A stretch of 64,000 nt of DNA, taken from assembly GCF_009914755.1 (NCBI RefSeq), contig NC_060941.1; one strand, given 5' to 3'. Below, in pieces: positions 41,803 to 56,890 of the stretch. The notes below the pieces were generated by a model, which was given only the letters and a program-made list of their open reading frames with translations, searched no databases and was not told the DNA's origin. Source of the DNA: the human T2T-CHM13v2.0 reference genome, Homo sapiens. Position 1 is the first letter of the stretch, and each line of letters begins with the position of its first letter. The translations under genes were made by a program, and so were the position numbers.

Positions 41803-42221
41803 GACACTGTTCCCACTACCTGACCGTGTCCATAATCACTGATACACAGCTCAATGCCCACTCCTCCAGGAAGCCTTCCTTCACCAGCTCACCCTGCAGC
41901 CACAGCTCCATACCATTCATCCTTTCTTCAACTAACATTTACGGAGCACCCAGGATGCTCGGTCATGAGACAAACCTAGAAAGCACTGAGATGCTTAACC
42001 TATTTACAGGTGTTATGGCGGCTTATTAAGAGGCTAATGGGGCACTGGAGGGAGGGCTGCTTGCCAACCCTGAGGTTCCCAAAAACTATCCCAGAGGAAG
42101 TGCTGCTTAAGTTGACATTTGAGAGATGGATAGGTGTTTTCAAGGCAGTCGAGGTGGGGAAGAGTGTTCCAGGCAGTGAAAACAGTGCTAGCAAGGACAT
42201 GGAGGTGGGGAATGGCCTTTT

Positions 42222-42597
<376 letters not shown>

Positions 42598-43676
42598 TGA
42601 CCCTTCACAGACACCATCCTGGGCTGTGGGCATCTTTTTCCAGAATGCTGGAGTGCAAGACCCCATTCTTACTCTTGTCCGTATTTCTCAGGCTCTTGCA
42701 CTGAAATAATGTCTGGGATTCTTGTGTGCTCCCCTAGTCACCCTCCTGGACTTTGAGCCTCATGGGAGATGATTTAAACCTCTCAGTGAGAGGCATTTTC
42801 CTTTACATGTGAAACATGTCATCACATTCCCGTAACCCCAATTGCTCTTGGGTGAAAATAAATAGATAAATAAGTAATTTTTCACAAAATTAATTAGCAG
42901 ATAAGAAGATGCTAATGTGTTTTGCCAACTGTATCTCTCCCCAGGTTGCTCCCAGCCAGCCTGGGGTTGGGGAGGGGCTCTGCCTGCTTGGAGCTGGCAC
43001 CTTCAGAGATGGCAGGCAATCCTGAGTACAGTGGTATGGGGACTTCTCTCTACCTGCGGGCCAAGTGGACTACCCTTTCCCAATGAATGAATGTTTGTGT
43101 TAGTGGAAAGGCCTGTGACGGGACAGAGCCCAGGTTCTAGATCCAGACAGATCTGGGCTGGATTTCTGCATGGCTGTTTAGCAGCCATAAGGACTGCCTT
43201 AACATCACTTTTCTCAACTGCAAAATGAAGTTTGCTGAAGATGCCTGTCTTCCAGGGTAGTTTCGAGGATTCAATGAGACGGTGTATGGAAAGCTCTGGA
43301 ACCAGGTGTATGATCTCCATCTTACAGATGAGAGCCCTCAGGCTCACAGAGGCAGGTAAGGTGACCTGCCTAAGGTCACACTGCCCGTGAGCTAGGATCT
43401 GCATGGTCCATCCTCATGATCTCACACTGTGCTAGCCTTCTGCTTGGCAAAGACCAGAATATTCCTTGAAACAGCTGTGGGTCTCAGGTCCTATGACAGC
43501 AGGCAGCACAGGGAAAGCCAATTCCCTCCCTCCAGGGCAGACCTGGCTGTCCTGTGCCAAGGGAGCTTTGATTATAGTGACCTTATTTTCCAACCAACGC
43601 TGGGACAATGGGACCCACCTTTGACATCAGGAGGCTCCCAGGAGACCCTTGGTGAGGGGCAACCTCCACGGCTGGC

Positions 43677-43692
43677 GGGGGGGGGGGGGGGG
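43677..43692 (+). repeat. G16 homopolymer
   Basis: Directly visible. Confidence 0.95.
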
Positions 43693-44190
43693 CTGGTGGG
43701 CAGAGGCTGGCATCAGGTGAGCCTTCCACCAGAGGGCTGCCTCTCTTCCCTCCCCACTGGTGTTTTATTAGCTGGCTGGACAAGTGGCTTCTAGGATGGT
43801 GAAGCAGGCTCTTAAAAATTTCCCTTGAAAATTGGCAGATTTGTCTCTTCAGTACCTGCTATAGAGCTGAGGCAGGAAGGGCCTGACATCCCGTTTACAT
43901 TGACAACAACAAATGGTGTCAGCACCATGCTGACCACTGACACTGATGACATTCCTTATCTCAGCAATCTTAGGAGGCAGGTCCTGGATCAGTTCCCATA
44001 TTTGGATGAGGAAATGGGAGCCCAGAGAGGTGAAAGACCTTGCCCAGGGTCACACAGCTCATGGGTAGCACAGCTGGGATTCAAACTCAGGAGGCTGTGA
44101 CTGCAAAGTGGATGTTCCCGCTGCAGCAACAGGCAGCCTTCCCAAGGATCACTTCTCAATTGTAGGATGAGTGGGCAAAAGAGCCAGTGA

Positions 44191-44953
<763 letters not shown>

Positions 44954-45335
44954 CAAAGTAATCTAGATGTCCATCCAAAAGGGAAGGGTTAAATCAATTA
45001 CAGTTTACTCAGACCATAGAATTGTATGTACATTTAAACATAACCAGGATGCTCTCTGTGTATTGAAAAGGAAGGATTTATAGGATTTATTGTTAAGCAA
45101 AAAAAAAAAAGCATATGGCAGAATAGTATATTAATATACTATTTTATATGTAAATTAGAGGAAGACCATCATCTCTATTTGCATTAACTTGTATATGCAA
45201 AAATAAATTCTGGAAGGATACATAAGAAACTGAAGTGTTTTCTTGGAGTGTCCATTGGGGCAGGAATGAGCCAGAGGGTACGATGAGGAAGCAGGGGAGA
45301 TTGTCACTCTTCACCTTTCTACAGTTTTTCTCACC

Positions 45336-45637
45336 TTTTTTTTTTTTTTTTTTGAGAGATGGGGTCTCACTGTGTCACTCAAGCTGGAGCATACTGGTGC
45401 CACATAGCTCACTTTGGCCTCAAACTCCTGGGCTCCAAGCAATCTCCCACCTCAGCCTCCTAAGTAGCTAGGGCTATAGGCATGTGCCACCATGCCCAGC
45501 TAATTTTGTTTTTATTTTTTGAGAGACAGAGTTTTGCTGCATTGCTCAGGCTGGTCTTAAACTCTTGGCCCTGAGCGATCCTTCTGCCTCAGCCTCCCAA
45601 CTATCAGGAATTATAGGCATGATCCACCACACCTAGT
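45336..45637 (-). mobile_element. AluJ
   Basis: Diverged dimer. Confidence 0.88.
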
Positions 45638-45639
45638 AC

Positions 45640-46935
45640 CTTTTTATTTTGAAATAATTATAGACTCACAAGAGGTTATGTAGCAAAAATAGTACAGAGA
45701 GTTCCCATGTACCCTTTATCCAGCTTCCCCACACGGTAACATCTTCTGTAATGGTCATACATTATCAAAACCAGGAGATTGCACTTTTTTTCCCTCCCAT
45801 GATATTTTTTTACACTTTAAAATAATGTGGTAAAATACACATAACATAAAGTTCACCATCTTAACCACTGTTAGGTATACAGTTCTGTGGCACTAAGTAC
45901 ATTTACATTGTTTCAAAACCATCACCACCATCCGTCTCCAGAAATTCTCTTCATCCTGTAAAATTGAAACTCTATACCCACAAATGATAACTGCCCATTC
46001 TCTCACCCCAGTCCCTGGCAACCACCATTCTACTTTTGTCTCTATGAATTTGACTATTCTGTCACATAAGTGGAATCACACAATAGTTATCCTTTTGCAT
46101 TTGGCTTATTTCACTTAGCATAATGTCCTCAAGGGTCATCCATGTTGAGCCACGTGTCAGGATTTCATGCATTTTTTAGAGCAGATTAATATTCCATTGT
46201 ATGTGTGTGCCACCGTGATATGGTTTAGCTGTGTCCCCGCCCAAATCTCATCTTGAATTGTAGTTCCCATAATCCCCACATGTCATGGAAGGGACCCAGT
46301 GAGCAGTAATTTAATCATGGGGCAATTACCTTCATGCTGTTGTCATCCTAATGAGTGAGTGCTCACGAGATCTGATGGTTTTACAAGGGGCTTTTCCCCC
46401 TTTGCTCAACACTTCTCCTTGCTGCTGCCATGTGAAGAAGTACGTGTTTGGTCCCCCTTCCACCATGATTGTAAGTTTCCTGAGGCCTCCCCAGCCCTGA
46501 GTAACTGTCAGCCAATTAAACCTCTTTCCTTTATAAGTTATCTAGTTTCGGGTATGTATTTATTAGCACTGTAAGAACGGACTAATACACACAGTTTGTT
46601 CATCCGTTTATTCATCAGTGGACACTTGGGTTGCTTCCACCTGTTGGCTATCATGAATAATGCTGCTATGAACATGGGCATACATACATGGAATAATCCC
46701 CATGAACCTACGTGTTCAAGTCCTTCCTTTTAAATCTCTTGGGTGTATACCCAGAAGCGAGATTGCTGGATCACATGGTCATTCTATGTTTCATTTTTTA
46801 AGGAACTGCCATACTGTTTTCCTTAGTGGCTGCATCATTACATTCCCACCAACAGTGCACAGGGTTCCGATTTCTCCACTTTCTCACCAACCACGTTACT
46901 GTGTGTTGATTTCTATAGTAGCCATCCTAATGGGT
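45640..46935 (-). mobile_element. L1MC fragment (45640-45780) followed by L1MB 3' end split by THE1
   Basis: TTTTGAAATAATTATAGACTCACA; GTGGTAAAATACACATAACATAAA...TAGCCATCCTAATGGGTGTGAG. Confidence 0.78.
46216..46589 (+). mobile_element. THE1C-like solo LTR
   Basis: TGATATGGTTT...GGACTAATACA; TSD CACCG/CACAG. Confidence 0.9.
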
Positions 46936-47899
46936 GTGAGATGGTATCTCATTGTCACGTCTATGGTTTTCTCACAGACAAATCATTCCTGCTGCATTAC
47001 TGAGTTGCCCCCAGGGAAAACACAGGACCAAGGACATCCCTGAGGGACATCAGGCTCAGTGGCCAGCTGTGGCCTTCTCTTCCCCAGTCCCTGTGAGGCT
47101 CAGCTTCTGGAAAGGATGTTGGAGGGGTGGCATGAGGACCTCACTGGCGGGCTGTGGGCCAGTGAGGGGTCAGGACTGAGGGCTTTTGGCTGCAGAACCC
47201 AGGGCACTGGGGGCCTTTAGTGACCACTGACTTTCATTAGGAAGGGTCAACCTTGCATCACCCAGACTGACCCAGGTGCTCCCGGCACCAAGGCAAGGAC
47301 GGACCTAGCAGAAGGCAACTTTCTATTAAAAGCTTCGCCCTCTCTCCCTGTCACCTATTGATTCTACTTCCTAAATATCTTGCCAATCCTCCTATTTCTC
47401 TCCATCTTCTTGCCACTGCCTTAGCCCAAACCATCTCCCTGTCTCCTTCGAGTTATGTCAACAGCCTCCAGATAGCACCTCCCCGCCTCCAGCTTTGCCC
47501 CATCAATCCCAACTCCACATGGTGCCCCAGAATGATCCCTCTCAGGTGAGAATGTGCTTAAAATATGTAAATGACTCCTACTGCTCACAGCATAAAATTG
47601 TATCAAGCCCTCCCTAACCTGGCCAGCCCTTTGTTCCCTCTGTCCCAACACTGAGAGCACAGCAGGTGTTCAATTGACTGTTGAATTAAACGTCCTCACC
47701 CCCGCTTCCTCTTGAAGTCCAGTTTCAGATCTTTGCTGGGTTTGTCAGGTGACCTATGCTCTCTGCCTGGATAGTTCTCTCTCCACCTCACTCACCTGGG
47801 CCTGCTAAACTGCAGGGGGTCCCCTAAACATCAGCCTCAAAGTCCCCCTGGCCCCCCACAAAGGATGCTTTCCTTGGGCTCCAGATCCTCTCCACTGCC

Positions 47900-48254
47900 T
47901 GATATGGTTTGACTCTGTGTCCCCAGCCAAATCTCACCTTGAATTGTAATAATCCCCATGTGTCAAGGGTGAGGCTAGGTGGAGATAATGGAATCATGGG
48001 GGTAGTTTCCCACACTGTTCTCACGGTAGTGAATAAGTCTCACGAGATCTGATGGTTTTATAAATGGGTGTTGCCCTGCACAAGCCTCTTGCCTGCCGCC
48101 ATGTAGATGTTACTTTGCTCTTCCTTCATCTTCTGCCATGATAGTGAGCCCTCCCCAGCCATGTGGAACTGTGAGTCCATTAAACCTCTTTTTCTTTATA
48201 AATTACCCAGTCTCAGGTATGTCTTTATTAGCAACATGAAAACAGACTAATACA
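47900..48254 (+). mobile_element. THE1C-like solo LTR
   Basis: TGATATGGTTTG...CAGACTAATACA; TSD CTGCC/CTTCC. Confidence 0.9.
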
Positions 48255-51209
48255 CTTCCCCTCCATGTCGTTGCCTGTTTAAAGCCTGTCTGCCCTGCTC
48301 AGCACTAACAGACGCAATACCTGCCTTGTGCACTATCATGCCCCCTGTTGTCATCTCTCCCTAGATCTTGGAGGAGTGAAGAGCATGTGGGGAGATGACC
48401 GGAAAGCCCTTCTCCCACTCTCGGGGAGGGAGAAGCTCAGAGCACAAGCCGCTTGGCTCTGCCCCTCTGTCTTGGAAGGCACCAAACAAGCCATGTACAG
48501 ATTACCATGGACACTTAGAAAACAGTGAAACGCTCCTAGATGCGAAATCATGGGGTTCATTCCTCTCCCTGCTGACAGTGGGAGCTTCCTTCCTGTCCCC
48601 TGCAGCAGTGCGAGGCTGCCCTGCTGTTCCTGAGAAAGATGACGGCTTGCTCTGATGAGGGCTGCTGGCTGCTGGCTTCTGGGGCAAAGCGGGGAGGAGG
48701 CTCCGCTCTCACTGCTAGTGAGGTGGAACTAGCGGGACTGGGAGCCCCACAGGAGCCCGATTCAAGGCTGAGGACACTCCCTCTCCTTCTGGAAATGCCA
48801 AAGAGAAGAGGAGAGCACGTCTTGGCATTTGGGTGAGGCTTGCCCAGCTGAAGTTGGCAGAAAACAGAAAGGGAGTGAGCGCGGAGGGCAAGGTCTCCTT
48901 CTTTGGGGTGAGGGGGCTGTGAGAGGCCCAGCTGAGGCCTCCGTAGCTGGATGTGTAGGATTTGGTTAGGACCAGGTGGTTAGTAAGGCTTTGCCATTGA
49001 GCCTTCTCTGACCAGTGAGACTCACCCCAGTGGCATACCCTAGAGTGGGGACATACCCTCAGCTGGGGGAGCACAAGTTGGGGGGTGAAGTGCGCCCCCA
49101 GAAGGGAGCATCAGGGCCATTGCTCTGGCTAAGTCTCCCGAATTATCTTTCAATGGCTCTGAGAGGTACAGCTCTCTGGGATCCCAGGCCTGGCCCTTGC
49201 TGGTGACAGGCAGGAACCCTTGACCATGGTGATGAAGGAAACCCCGTGACAGGCATCTGCTGCTTGAATTCCTTGGGTACCCAAGAGGTTTTCAAGGAAC
49301 CATCTCCAAAACAAAAGTGGGGACCCCGCCAGACCCATAGAAAAAAGGAAGGGAAGAAATATACAAATGAGTCTGATCGGAACCTCGTGTACTCGATGGA
49401 GGGCTGTGGGCCGACCCTGCGCAGGACCCAGGAGCCCTGGGGTTCCAGTCTTCTCACTTATATTTGCCCCCAGGCAAACCACAGGAGGGAGAGCACCCCT
49501 TGGCGGGGGGGAGGTCAGCTCAGATCTGGAAACAGAGTGCCTGGGTTCAGACATGGGTCCTGCTACTTCCAATCTGTGTGGGTCTGAGAAAGTTGCCCAG
49601 CACCTTCCTGACTCTGAGATGGGAACGCCAACCCTCCTGTTGGATTGTTGACTTGCCTGGGAGGCTCAGTAGAACGGCTGACTCACAGAGACCTCCCAGT
49701 GGCTGCCTGCCATTACGTCCACTCTCCAGACTTCAATTTACTCTTGGGTCTTAATTTGTTCAGCAACAGGATTAAAGGGTTGGAGCAAATGGCCCTTAAG
49801 TTGCCCTCCAGCTCTGGAATTAGTAACCCTGTGTACGTCAGTTAGGTTATTTTGGTTGCATGCAGTAGACTGGCAACTGTGTCTAAGCTGCATAGAAATA
49901 GCTTTGTATGATGGAGGTGGGCAGAGGAGGGCTCACAGAAGCAGAGAAAATGGGACAGAAACAGAGAGGGGGTCCAAGATCAGGGTGGTGGGTACCACTG
50001 GGCACCTTCTCTAGGGACCCAGTACCAGGAGGGATCCATATCTTTGCATTAACGTTGGTCAGCAGAGGGAAGGGCGCCTGGGTCAGCAGTCCCCTCGTGC
50101 TGCACCCAGGGGACAGGAGGACCTCCAGGGGGAGATGAGGTGCCATTGCCCTCAGAAAGGGGAATGGACGCCACCGGGGCAAAGCCAAAAGAAGCCCACC
50201 ACCCTAGGTGGTGTGACAAAGGTCCAGAAACACAACTCTGATTCTACCAACAGGGATGAACACACTTAAGACAACTATGCCTAGTGCCGTTGAGAGCTTT
50301 GAGGTGCTGGCTCTTCCCACTGTCACTATCCATAGTCTGGGGCTTTCCTTCATCTTCAAAAAAAAAAAATCATCTCCATCTTGAAGGATTCCACTTCACT
50401 GTGAGTTACTCAAAAGTCAAGGCCAGCACCAAAGACGGCGTCCAGCACACAGTATGTCCGATACATGCCAATTGAATTGGGATGGTCAGGTAATTCCCCT
50501 GCAGGTGACATTTCCAGAAAAGTAATGGGGTGTGTGACCCTGTGCACACTGAGGTCCATCCCCTCTGTTCCAGGTTGTCACAGATGCTCTGACATTTGCA
50601 GGGAAGGAGTGGACCTGCCACATGATCCAAAGCATGTGCAGGAGATTTGAGAGATCAGGACATCCGCCATCCATCAGCCTGTGGAAGGAGAGTGCAATAA
50701 CATTCCCCAGGGAAAAATGCATGGCAAACACCAGGAAAGCCACTTTCTTGCCTCCCAGAGGGGACAAGGTTTCCCCTCTTGATTGATGCAGGGGGCAGCA
50801 GCATCTTGGAGAGAAGCACAGGCAAGGGAGAGGAGAGAAGCTCGGACCAGGTCTATGTGGGATCCAATGATTTCTAAGTCAAGATGTTCAGCTCCGGGCA
50901 ATTTACTTAACTTTCTGAACCTAAGCGTCTTCCTTTGAATAATGGAGACACTTACAATACCTACTGCATCAAGGTTGTCATGAGATTTGATGAGTTAATA
51001 ATTCATCTCACCAATATTTGTTGGACACCTAATATGTGTTGGTTGCTCTTCTAGGTGCCTGAGCTACATAAATGATCAAAATAGAGACACCTGCCTTCCT
51101 GGAGCTTTCATCACAGTGAACACAGGCAGAGCTGCTACCACAATGTAGGTGCCCTAACTATTACTAGAGTGTGAATGACTTTCCTTTCCAAGTGGCAGCA
51201 GCAGCAGTG

Positions 51210-51590
51210 TAGTTGGCTAAGTGCCAGACCACTTCAGTTGGGATGCGTTCACCAGGTCTCTTTCCAAAGATTCCATGTCTCCTCCTTCTGAGCAATGAAG
51301 TTGGGGTGAACATGTGCCTTGCTTTGGCCAATGCAACATGAGCAGAAATGACAGTTGTCCTGGGTGGAAACTTTAAGAGCTAGCACACGGCACACCATGA
51401 TTCCTCCCCGGAGCTGCAGTACTCAGGGACACGTGGGACCAGATAGGTGCCTGGGTGACTGAGAGCCACGGAGCCCCCGTGTGGAACTACAGTGGACATG
51501 TAGCCTGAGTGAGAAGTAGACTTTCATGGTATTAAAACCCTGAGATTTGGGGGTTGCTTGTTATTGTCGCATAACAGAGCATCTCCTGGT
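51210..51590 (+). mobile_element. MLT1J/I-like LTR
   Basis: TTGCTTTGGCCAATG...GACATGTAGCCTGAGTGAGAA...CTGAGATTTGGGGGTTG. Confidence 0.65.
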
Positions 51591-52139
51591 GGATAAAACT
51601 GACCTCCCCAACTTGAGCCTTGGCAGAGCTTTCCATGGTACAAGCCTTGTTGTTATATACTAACAGATCACCAGAAGCATAACTGTAGGTCACTAAGCAG
51701 AGAGTGCAAATGTAGGAGCCCTGTCCTGTTTCCTCACTCTTTGCACTAAGCACACTGGGCAGTTTCCACATCTTGAATTTGCTGTCTGTGTAAACAGTGG
51801 CCATCACCCCATCCCCGCCTGCTCCAGGATATCAGACGACTACAGGTTCCAGCCCAGGCTGGAAGCAGCCGGCCCGCATCCAGGATCCCCCTGTCCTCCC
51901 ATCTACTGAAGTTTCCAACTGTGGATCCCTTCCGACCAGGCCTCCCGTCCCTGTCAACCTCAGGAAGGCAAGAAGCAGTCTTCCCTCTTCCCTCTCCTGC
52001 TTTCGGTTCGGCTTCTCTGATCCAGCACCGGCCTGCTGCCCTCTCTTTCTGTCTCTGTTTATTGGGACCTCCTGTGACCATTATTTCAGGAAACAAACTC
52101 CTTTAAACCTCCCCCCACCCCCAGCCTCTTCAAAGACAG

Positions 52140-52540
52140 GTGAAGCAGTTAGAGTCCAACCAGGAAAACAGAAGCCCTTCTGAGTATTTGAAACAGACAG
52201 AATCTAACCTAGGGAATTGATTACACAGGCAGTGGGGTGGGGTGGAGAGCTGAGAAGCCAAACTGCCATGGTAAGGCAGCCCAGACATGAGCAACAGCAG
52301 GAAGGAGCCATCAGCTCTTGTCTGGAGGGACAGAGGGAGGAGGGCCTGGGGTTAACCAGGGGAAGGTGGAACCGGAGCAGGCTGGAGCCACAGCCTGCAA
52401 AGAGACGCAGCCACTGAAGACAGGGGAGGAGGGGAATGCTTGAACTTCTCTCTTCCTGCTGCCCTCCACCTCCTCCCACCAGCTGAATGATCTGGGAGCG
52501 AAGGACACAGTGCCCAAGCTTTCCCCATATATCACCTGCT
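52140..52540 (-). mobile_element. ERVL-type LTR remnant (family uncertain)
   Basis: GTCCAACCAGGAAAACAGAA...TATTTGAAACAGA...GGGAATTGATTACACAGG. Confidence 0.45.
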
Positions 52541-52639
52541 GTCCCATAACCCTCGCCGGTAGAGGCTGCTCTTTCTCCCACATCCCACTTAGCCCAGGGC
52601 ACAGGGCTATGCTGGCTTTTCCTCTGAGTTTTTCCATCT

Positions 52640-53395
52640 TGGTTGGTGACACTGCCAACTCAATAACCCATGCCCAATCCCTTTCTTCCTTACTTGCTTC
52701 CACTCTAGGTGCTGGAAAAGTTAAAAATTTAAAAACTAATTTTCCCAGTCTCCCTGTAACTAAGGTTGGCCAAAGTTTTTGTTTTCTTGATAAAAGGTAA
52801 CAGACATGTGGCTGTGACCACCTCTCTCCCCTTCTTCTTGTCTTGAATGCTATGAAAATATCCGGCGCAGCAGCAGCCATCTTCCAACCATGAGGTAAAA
52901 AGCCAGTACATTAAGGATGGTAGGAGAGGCCAGTGCCTGTAATCCCAGCACTTTGGGAGGCTGAGGCAGGCAGATCACCTGAGGTCAGAAGTTCAAGACC
53001 AGCCTGGCCAACATGGTGAAACCCCGTCTCTACTAAAAATACAAAATAATTAGACAGGCATGGTGCATAGTGGTGGGCATCTGTAATCCCAGCTACTGGG
53101 GAAGCTGAGGCAGGAGAATCCCTTGAACCCAGGAGGCAGAGGTTGCAGTGAGCTGAGATCACTGCACTCCAGCCTGGGCGACGAGAGCAAAACTCTGCCT
53201 CAAAAAAAAAAAAAAAAAAAAAAAGAGTAGAAGAGCAGAAAAAATAAAAATCCTGGGTCTTTAATGACACTACTGAAATGTTAAGCTAGCCCTAAAAGGT
53301 TCACCTCCAGACTTCTCAATATGTGAAAATAATTAAATGCCTTTATTGCTTAGATATCTGTTAAGTTTCTCTTACAGCTGCAAGCGTTCCTAAAA
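52640..53395 (+). mobile_element. MLT1K/L-like LTR split by Alu
   Basis: GCAGCAGCCATCTT...CCATGAGG...CCTGGGTCTTTAATGACA...CCTCCAGACTTCT. Confidence 0.55.
52928..53224 (+). mobile_element. AluSx-like
   Basis: Dimer with 5' deletion, poly-A. Confidence 0.92.
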
Positions 53396-53685
53396 CAACA
53401 TCATCTATGCAGCTTCCCAAGCCGGGATTTCAGGGGTAAAATTCAGCCCCCTGTTTGCTCTCACCCTTCACGTCCCATGACTCATGGAGCCCTGGAGATT
53501 TTTATCTCCTTGGTGTCTCCCCTCCTCCCCTCCTTGCCACCATGACTGACTACATCATAGGTCGGATTCTCATGCACCCCTATCCAATCTTCCCTTCCGA
53601 AGCTTCTCCCCATGCAGTCAGAGGGATCTTTCTAAGATGCGTACATTGCATGTTGGATAATGTTTCTTTTTGGCTTAAAAACTTG

Positions 53686-54020
53686 GGCCGGGCGCATGGG
53701 CTTACACCTATAATTCCAACACTTTGGGAGGTTGAGGCGGGGGGATCACTTGAGGCCAGGCGTTCGAGACCAGCCATGGCCAACATGCCGAAACCCCGTC
53801 TCTACTAAAAATACAAAAATTAGCCAGATGTGGTGGCGGATTTCTGTAATCCCAGCTACTTGAGAGGCAGAGGCACAAGAATTGCTTGAGCCCGGAGGCG
53901 GAGGTTGCAGTGAGCCGAGATCGCACCATTGCACTCCAGCCTGCGCAACAGAGGGAGACTCTGTCTCACAAAAACAAACAAACAAAACAAAAACAAAACA
54001 AAACAAAATAGAATAAAACA
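53686..54020 (+). mobile_element. AluS/J within L2 remnant
   Basis: Dimer, (CAAA/CAAAA)n tail. Confidence 0.92.
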
Positions 54021-56689
54021 GAACTTGTCCTGGTCCCAGCTCCCCGCTGCCTTCAGAACAAAACCTAAACTGCTTAGCTTGGCAGACACAGCCCTTGTGA
54101 CTTAGCTCACCAAACCTCAGCCATTCCTCCTCTTGAACTTCCCACTCCAGCCATGTAAGCTGCTAACCATTCCCTAAAGTCGTTTTCTGGTTACAAGCCT
54201 TTGTATTCTCCACCCCACACTGCCTGAATGATCTAACGGCTCCCCAGCTCTGGGAGGCCTTCCCAGACCCCAGCTCACCCCGCCCTCCCCTGTAACTGCT
54301 TCTTTCCCTGCTTGCACCCAGCTCTGTAGCTCTTTCATTTGCTTGCTTTTTCCTTCCTCCCTTATCAGAAAGTCGGTTCCTTGACAACAGGGCCATGAGT
54401 GTTATTCATCTGTATATTCCCAGTGCCGGACACGCTGCAGGGACTTGATAAATGTGTGTGGAGTAAGAGGGTGAATGAGTGAGTGAGTGAATGAGGCTGT
54501 GCCTTCGGGAAGCTGTGAAGTCAGCTGCAGGGAGGAGCTGACTTTTTGTGGATTTTGCAGAGAGGACAGAACAGCAATGACCTGTCTTTCAAAACCTGCC
54601 GAATAACCTGGCTTTCTGGAACTTTGCCCAGCCAGCTTTAGGGAGGTGAACTCCTGCCCGTGTAGAGATGTAGCTATGTCCCTTCTCCTTAAATGAATTT
54701 TGTCTCAAGCCACCTGCCACCAGGGATCCACCTCAAAGCACGATTTTCCCAGAAACCTTCCATTTGTCTTGGAACGTCTGAGGAGAGGAGGCTGAGATTC
54801 CAGATTCGTCTCTGAAATTCCTTGGAGGCCTCCCGTTCCCTTCCTTGTCAGAGGGGAAGATGACTTTTCCCGCAGCTCGGAGATTGACACACCTGTCTCA
54901 GATGGGAAAAGAAGGGCTACAGGGGTAAGAATCGTGCATCCTCTTAATGACAACAAGGCACATTTGTCCTGCTGGTGAATAAATGATTATCGTGTGGATC
55001 ACACAGCCCTCCTGTTACACAGCAGTTCAGCGCCAAAGCCCTCTAAGTCGTAAAGGAAGTCATGATAAAGAATTATGAGATCCGGTAAAATGAAAATTGG
55101 AATCAATTAGTTCCCTTCAGACGAGAGCTGCTCATAGAACATTCATTATCCTCACCCTGCTGTGTGGGGGGTGGGATGGGGGTGGAGGGGAAACCTGTTT
55201 TCCTACAAGTGGCCATTGTCACCCATTAAAGAGCCTCCAACACTGCTCCCTGATTTCTCCTGTGTTCATGCGTCCCCACGGGGAGAAGCAGAAGATGCCA
55301 GATCAAAGGGGCAGTTATTAACTCCACGCCAGTCCCTGCGATCTCAGCGCCACCTGGGATCGGGCTGATAGGGCTATTGCACTGTTGGAGTGAAGTCCTT
55401 CTCAGCTGCAGCTGTAGAGTCAATGCAATTTTAGGTTTCATTCAGGAAACAGCAGTTCCTTAGCTGATGTATTAAATCAATTAGACGCCAACGGCTGCAG
55501 AGGCCAAGACAGCTTCCTGGGCGAGCGCCCGTTACCAGGATCATGAATCACACAAGTGTCGGTAAGGTGCTGCTCACTCTATTCTGAGGGATGCATCCGT
55601 GAAAGCTCAAGATTGGCCATGGAAATACACATGGCCGGCCAGTTTTGAGAACCACGGGGATTGGGAAGGGGTCTAGGAGGCAAATGGCTGCTTTCTGTCT
55701 TCTGCTTCCTTTTTTAGTTTAGTTTTCCTGGAAATTTCTGCCTGATAAAAATGCCCAAAGCCATCTTCGAATAAGTGCAAATCTCTCCCTAACTCTCCCT
55801 GCCCACCGCCTCTGCCTTTGCCCAAGCCAGCACCTTCTCTTGCCCGAAGCCTCCTCTCTACAGCCCTCTGATCTGTGCTCCATGCTGGCACTGGATTCAT
55901 CTTTCTGAAAGGAGGTTCGCTCTCGTTGCTTTGAAAGTCCTTCAACGGCCTGCCCTGGCTTTCAAGAAAAGATGCCACGCCATTGCTCCTTCCAGCCTCC
56001 CTCCAGCGGGCAGCTGCACATGCCTTGCCCCTGGCCCAAGAGCTCTTCTATGCTTTTCTCATCGTTTTGGGAGCTTCTGTAAATATCCCCTTCTCCAAGA
56101 AGTGTCCCCTGCCTCCCCAGACCAGGGAAAGAACCCTGATTCTCTGGAATCCTTCAGCCCCTGCACACTCGCCATGCAGAATTGTCACCTGTTTGCTTGG
56201 AACTTCCGGGAGGCAGATTTAGGCCTTTGACTCTATCTATAGCTCAGCACCCAGCAAATGGCAAATGCTTGATCAGCGTTTGTGGCAGGGCTGAATGAAG
56301 GAACGGGCTTCTGGAGAAGGAAAATTTGTATTTTCTGGGCCTGGTAGTAGAGGGTGCAGGTGAGAGAGGTGTGTGCCAGATGAGACAGGAGAGAAAGATC
56401 GGGGAAAGGAAGAGCTCTGGGAACCAGGAGAAATGCCAGTCCTTTCATCCTCATTTTGCTGTTCAATTTGGGAACCACGCAGTGGCATGTGAGGAAGCTC
56501 TGGTGGGGTGATGATCCAGCTCTGAAGGAAGCTAGGAAACGCTGCTTCTGAAAGTGGCCACGCCAAACCAGAAGTCTCTCCTCTTGGCTCAAGCAATCCC
56601 ACCCCAGGACTTGTTTAATGAGGACTCTTGAGGACCATGGAGAAGAGGTTGGGACAGGCCATGGCCACAGAGGGAAGAGACTGGCTCAA

Positions 56690-56890
56690 CTGGCCTGAGA
56701 CCTGGGTTTGAATCCTGACTCTGCCATGCACTACAAGTTAGTGGGGGAAATGGCTTAAGCCCTTGTGCCTCAGGCTTCACATCTGTAAAATGGGAACAAA
56801 GTGAGGTTGTCAAGGGGATTAAATGAGACAATGTTTACAGAGCATGTAATATAGTATCTGGGGGCATGAAATAAAATGTTAGTGCCATCA
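56690..56890 (+). mobile_element. MIR
   Basis: CCTGGGTTTGAATCCTGACTCTGCCA...CATCTGTAAAATGGG...GGATTAAATGAGA. Confidence 0.8.

Noticed and set aside
46216-48254. Two same-strand THE1 LTRs 1.3 kb apart as an intact provirus
   Set aside because: Each has its own TSD, and the interval is resumed L1MB, L2 and unique DNA, not THE1-int
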